Source: an uncultured virus (IMG/VR IMGVR_UViG_3300033075_001165)
Taxonomy: Duplodnaviria > Heunggongvirae > Uroviricota > Caudoviricetes
Length of the DNA: 64,000 nucleotides
Virus record (IMG/VR): IMGVR_UViG_3300033075_001165
Strand: one strand, 5' to 3'
Shown here: positions 60,616 to 64,000 of the stretch, piece after piece
Layout: every line of letters begins with the position of its first letter
How positions within the stretch are numbered: the stretch's first letter is position 1
Translations under genes and position numbers: made by a program
Notes under the pieces: generated by a model
What the model saw: the letters and a program-made list of their open reading frames with translations, nothing else
Databases searched by the model: none
Told to the model about the DNA's origin: nothing

Positions 60616-60637
60616 CAAAGATAATAAAAGGTTACAA
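60616..60637 (-). promoter_or_regulatory. promoter firing into the cassette array (TTGTAACCTTTT box plus TATCTTTG)
   Basis: minus strand reads TTGTAACCTTTT-AT-TATCTTTG, the same architecture as 6137-6159. Confidence 0.6.
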
Positions 60638-60687
60638 TATTTAATAACTTTATTTGTTAAATGTTTAAAACTTGGTTCATCCGCCGA

Positions 60688-62055
60688 TTAAAACGTTTCA
60701 TTACTACCACTTGAAATACCCTCTGGAACGTAATCAGAGTACTTAGAATAGCGTCCGTCAAATCGGGCATATACAGGTCTGGGTGTAACATATCTGCTCT
60801 TACCAAGCCCTATTTCAACTACACCCTTTAAACTATTGCCGTTTTCATCCACTGGATTCTTATCATAATATTCTGGGCGGTATAACAACAACACTAATAT
60901 ACCAACAGCCTCGATGCCTCCTGAGCCTTTTAAATCGCTCATGCGAGGGCGAGGGGGCACACGTCTTTCAACATCGCGGGATAACTGAGATAATAGCACC
61001 ATGCAAATATTGTATTTCTTAGCGATATTATTTAATTGTTGACAACGCAAGTCTAATATCTGTTCATCTGATTTATTTTTTATTTCGTCAGGGGTATTGT
61101 TCATTAACTGCAAGTAATCTATAAAGCAAAGGATAGGGATAGTCATCGGCGTTTTTTTTCGCATCTTTCTAAATTTATTCTCCACATATTGCCAAGTTAT
61201 ACCCGCGGTATCATCTATCAACAGATTGTCTTTAAATCGATTTCTTATTCCTTTAATGACGTTTATATCATCTTCGCCAGCGTTCCCGCTTCTAAGTGTA
61301 AAAGAATTGATTTCTGTGGCGTTTGATATGATGTTAGTCATAATCTCAATAGCTGGCATTTCAAGGCTAAAGAAAATAGTTGGCACTCTATCTTCAATAG
61401 CATTCTTTTTTAAGATGGTAACAAGAAACGCGGTTTTGCCCATTGCAGGGCGACCAGCGATTATATTAACCCCCTGCATTATGCCGCCAGTTTTTTCATC
61501 AAGTTCTTTTACTCCAAATGAATATCCAACTAAGGCTTTTTTATTTTCTTTAAGGTCAATTATCCTTTGTAAGGCTTCTTCAAAATATTCATCAATCTGT
61601 TTATCTTTAGATACATTATTTATTACCCCTTCAATATCTGTAATCTTGTTTTTAACCTTATCCAACACTTCTTGAACTTCACCATGTTCTGAACTAAAAT
61701 CCGTATGAGCTTCATAGAGTACGGGTAACATTTTTCGGCGGACAAGATTATCAAATAGTATTTTCACCTTTGGCTCAGACTTAAGTGACGTGTTCATGTC
61801 AAATACAGCTTTGGAGCATAAATCTATTGATGTGTTTTTAGGATAACCAAGTTTTGTAAGTTCGTTTAAAAGAATAGAGAAATCGGTGGTAATGCTTTTT
61901 TGATGATTAAGCTTTATTATTTTATAAACCTGTTGTTTTATTTTAGAGGTAAAAATATGTTCTGAAACAAGGTGTTCGCAAGTTTCAAATAGGTCGGGCT
62001 TAGAACAGTATGTTCCAAGAATTTTATTTTCTATGTCATCAAGGTTACTGGTCAT
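60688..62055 (-). CDS. dnaB: replicative DNA helicase
   Basis: AGRPAMGKT, FSLEM, IDYLQL, LSQLSR, SDLKGSGGIE. Confidence 0.95.
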   Translation of the reverse strand: MTSNLDDIENKILGTYCSKPDLFETCEHLVSEHIFTSKIKQQVYKIIKLNHQKSITTDFSILLNELTKLGYPKNTSIDLCSKAVFDMNTSLKSEPKVKILFDNLVRRKMLPVLYEAHTDFSSEHGEVQEVLDKVKNKITDIEGVINNVSKDKQIDEYFEEALQRIIDLKENKKALVGYSFGVKELDEKTGGIMQGVNIIAGRPAMGKTAFLVTILKKNAIEDRVPTIFFSLEMPAIEIMTNIISNATEINSFTLRSGNAGEDDINVIKGIRNRFKDNLLIDDTAGITWQYVENKFRKMRKKTPMTIPILCFIDYLQLMNNTPDEIKNKSDEQILDLRCQQLNNIAKKYNICMVLLSQLSRDVERRVPPRPRMSDLKGSGGIEAVGILVLLLYRPEYYDKNPVDENGNSLKGVVEIGLGKSRYVTPRPVYARFDGRYSKYSDYVPEGISSGSNETF

Positions 62056-62600
62056 GATTTAAAATTTAAATAAGCAAATTCGCCAAAAAGTTCTTTGGCT
62101 TTTTTATCATAAGCTAAAGCTGCGTCTAATTCGTTTTTAAAACATCCTATGTGTATTTTTTTATTTTGAAATCCAATTGATGCAGTCCAAGAATAATATT
62201 CTTTTTTTATTCCGTGTTTAAGAGTGTGTTTTGTTTTTTTTAATGTAACTCCTTTGTAAATGGAGAATAGGTTTTTGTTAAACCCTCTATTAATATTGTT
62301 TTGAGAATGAGTTGCTATTCTTAAATTTATTTTCTGATTATTAACTCCGTTTCTATCGGCATGGTCTACAAATGTTTTTGGGTCTGTTAAATTCATTATA
62401 AACCTATGCATTTGCACCATTTGTCGTTTTCCAGTTAAATTATTTTTTATTCCCGCAGTAGCGTAAAAACAACTATCTCCCTTGATGGCATTCCAATTAT
62501 ACATATTTACTTTAAAAAAATCTTCGTCATCAACTTGAGCAAATTTTGGAGCGTCCTTGTGCTTGTTTTCTTTAAATTTGTTTAATTTTATTAATTTCAT
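62052..62600 (-). mobile_element. HNH-AP2 homing endonuclease-like protein
   Basis: MHRFI...VDHADRNGVNN...NLR..T.SQN plus AP2 domain YKGV...W.A.I...HIG.F..E.DAALAYD; ATG at 62600 preferred. Confidence 0.85.
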
Positions 62601-62723
62601 ATTTAAAATGTTCCCTACTCCACTAAAGGCTACACCGCTACCCTTATGGGTATTGGACAATAATGTTTCGGGAATATTTTTAATGTTTTTCATAGAACGA
62701 TGTAGCGGCACAAAGATGCTAAA

Positions 62724-63089
62724 TTATTCTTTTTGAAAAAAATTATTTACTACTGAATTTTCTTTGTTATTAACAATTTTATTGACCTCAACAAACCAAA
62801 CTCCCATCATTTTTTGTTTCCAGTTTTTCACTTGGTTTCCTTTAGAATCTTTCCATCCAGCTATGTCATAGTAATTAAAAGCCTTTTCTGCTGAAACTTC
62901 ACTATACCCTTTCTCTTTAAAATAAGCTTTTACTTCTTCAAGTGTCGGTGGAATAAACTTAGGCTTCACTTTCTTATTATAAACACCAAGTTTAGTGAGT
63001 TGAATATTCCCATCTACTACTATATATTTAAAGATAGTACCGTTCATTACGAACTCAGTTGATTCGGGGATTATAATAGGCTTGCTCAT
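62724..63089 (-). CDS. replication initiator / helicase-loader-like C-terminal domain protein
   Basis: 'FIPPTLEEVKAY...AFNYY...GW......VKNWK' seen in Bacteroidota phage replication proteins; upstream of dnaB. Confidence 0.6.
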   Translation of the reverse strand: MSKPIIIPESTEFVMNGTIFKYIVVDGNIQLTKLGVYNKKVKPKFIPPTLEEVKAYFKEKGYSEVSAEKAFNYYDIAGWKDSKGNQVKNWKQKMMGVWFVEVNKIVNNKENSVVNNFFQKE

Positions 63090-63436
63090 TACTCCTCAAT
63101 TATAGGATTCTGAATAGTTACTTTGTTTTCTACTGGGGGTACTTGTTCTGCTAAATCACTTATAATACCTTTTTGCAACGATTTAAGCTCACTTATCAAC
63201 CTTACTACATTATGCTTATGCGCTTTGTAATGCTCGTTGTAAAGAGGTCTATTGGATTCTTTTACTTTGTTTTGATAATCCAGTGTATTCTCAGCAACAA
63301 TTTGAGCAAAAGAAACGGCGGCTAATGCGTTTTTGGTGGAATCAAGTTCGCTCATATCTTCGTCAAAAGAGATGCTAAATGTTTTGTCGTCATATTCTAT
63401 TGAGAAATTTAGCGACCCTGTTAGTTTTTGTGTCAT
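63089..63436 (-). CDS. hypothetical protein
   Basis: ORF track; TAATG coupling. Confidence 0.55.
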   Translation of the reverse strand: MTQKLTGSLNFSIEYDDKTFSISFDEDMSELDSTKNALAAVSFAQIVAENTLDYQNKVKESNRPLYNEHYKAHKHNVVRLISELKSLQKGIISDLAEQVPPVENKVTIQNPIIEE

Positions 63437-63437
63437 A

Positions 63438-63998
63438 TTATTTGGTTTTTCTATTGTTTATTTCATCAAATGCTTTTATTGCCTGTGCCTTACTTACAAA
63501 TCCATCTACTTTATATCCCTTTATCCTTAATAAATTTACCTGTGCCTCACTTGCTGGTTGAGATAAAAATATTTCATTAATCTGTTGTTTTGTGTAAGCT
63601 ACATCTATAATATTAAATCCCCAATTTTTTATTGCATTAAGCTGGGCTAAAGTTGCAGGCTCACTCATCTTAGGAGAAAGGTTTAGTTTAACACGGGGTA
63701 AAATTAATAAATTTACATGTTCATCTTTGTCTCTGTTAGTATCTATTTTTGTTAATCTTATTTCCCTGTCCTCAATTAATTTTTGTCTTTTTTCGGCTGA
63801 TATAAAACATCTGTCTTGAGGTTCTTTTTCTTTTTCAATTTCGTGACAATTAATTAAATTATGTTTAGTGGTTAAATCGATAAAATCTAATACCGTCATT
63901 TTTTGACCAAATCTTCTAACGTAATTATCGTCTTTTAAACGAGTGCCGCGCCCTAATTGTTGAATGTATCGTGCCTTAGATTTAGTGGGTGCTACACA
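63438..63998 (-). CDS. superfamily 2 helicase, C-terminal part (truncated by the window edge)
   Basis: frame is open to the window end: ...PTKSKARYIQQLGRGTRL (motif VI)...MTVLDFID. Confidence 0.8.
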   Translation of the reverse strand, partial: CVAPTKSKARYIQQLGRGTRLKDDNYVRRFGQKMTVLDFIDLTTKHNLINCHEIEKEKEPQDRCFISAEKRQKLIEDREIRLTKIDTNRDKDEHVNLLILPRVKLNLSPKMSEPATLAQLNAIKNWGFNIIDVAYTKQQINEIFLSQPASEAQVNLLRIKGYKVDGFVSKAQAIKAFDEINNRKTK

Positions 63999-64000
63999 TC

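Noticed and set aside
62601..62720. CCGCTAC...GTAGCGG inverted repeat as an attC-like site
   Set aside because: No AAC/GTT boxes and only a short stem; more likely a 5' leader of the HNH-AP2 gene.
1..64000. Stop-codon reassignment as in some crAss-like phages
   Set aside because: Long genes are intact in code 11, and TAG and TGA serve as real stops (e.g. TerL and capsid end in TAG).

Overview
The window is most of an AT-rich, crAss-like (Crassvirales-related) podophage genome. Repeated TAnnTTTG promoter boxes point to a Bacteroidota host, and the standard genetic code is used. Layout: small minus-strand early-type ORFs (1.2-5.8 kb); a divergent control region (~5.1-6.2 kb); a long plus-strand packaging, head, fibre, lysis, tail and ejection-protein arm (6.2-52.3 kb); and a minus-strand replication/recombination arm (52.6-64 kb). 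The main discovery candidate is a phage-borne, integron-like gene-cassette array at 58.3-60.6 kb. A tyrosine recombinase lacking the IntI-specific insertion is followed by an attI-like GTT site and two single-gene cassettes, an unknown ORF and a DNA methyltransferase. Each cassette has self-complementary GTT...AAC ends and is closed by an attC-like hairpin. Unlike classical integrons, the cassette genes point toward the integrase and sit between the integrase and its apparent promoter. A third, isolated attC-like hairpin lies at 30.8 kb. Other unexplained signals are a strongly over-represented GGCGGAT heptamer, a conserved intergenic TTGTAACCTTTT box, three covarying GAGAG-loop hairpins in head genes, a degenerate tRNA-like element and an M15-like peptidase inside an ejection protein. 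All protein calls come from motif recognition and synteny by eye; no searches were run.
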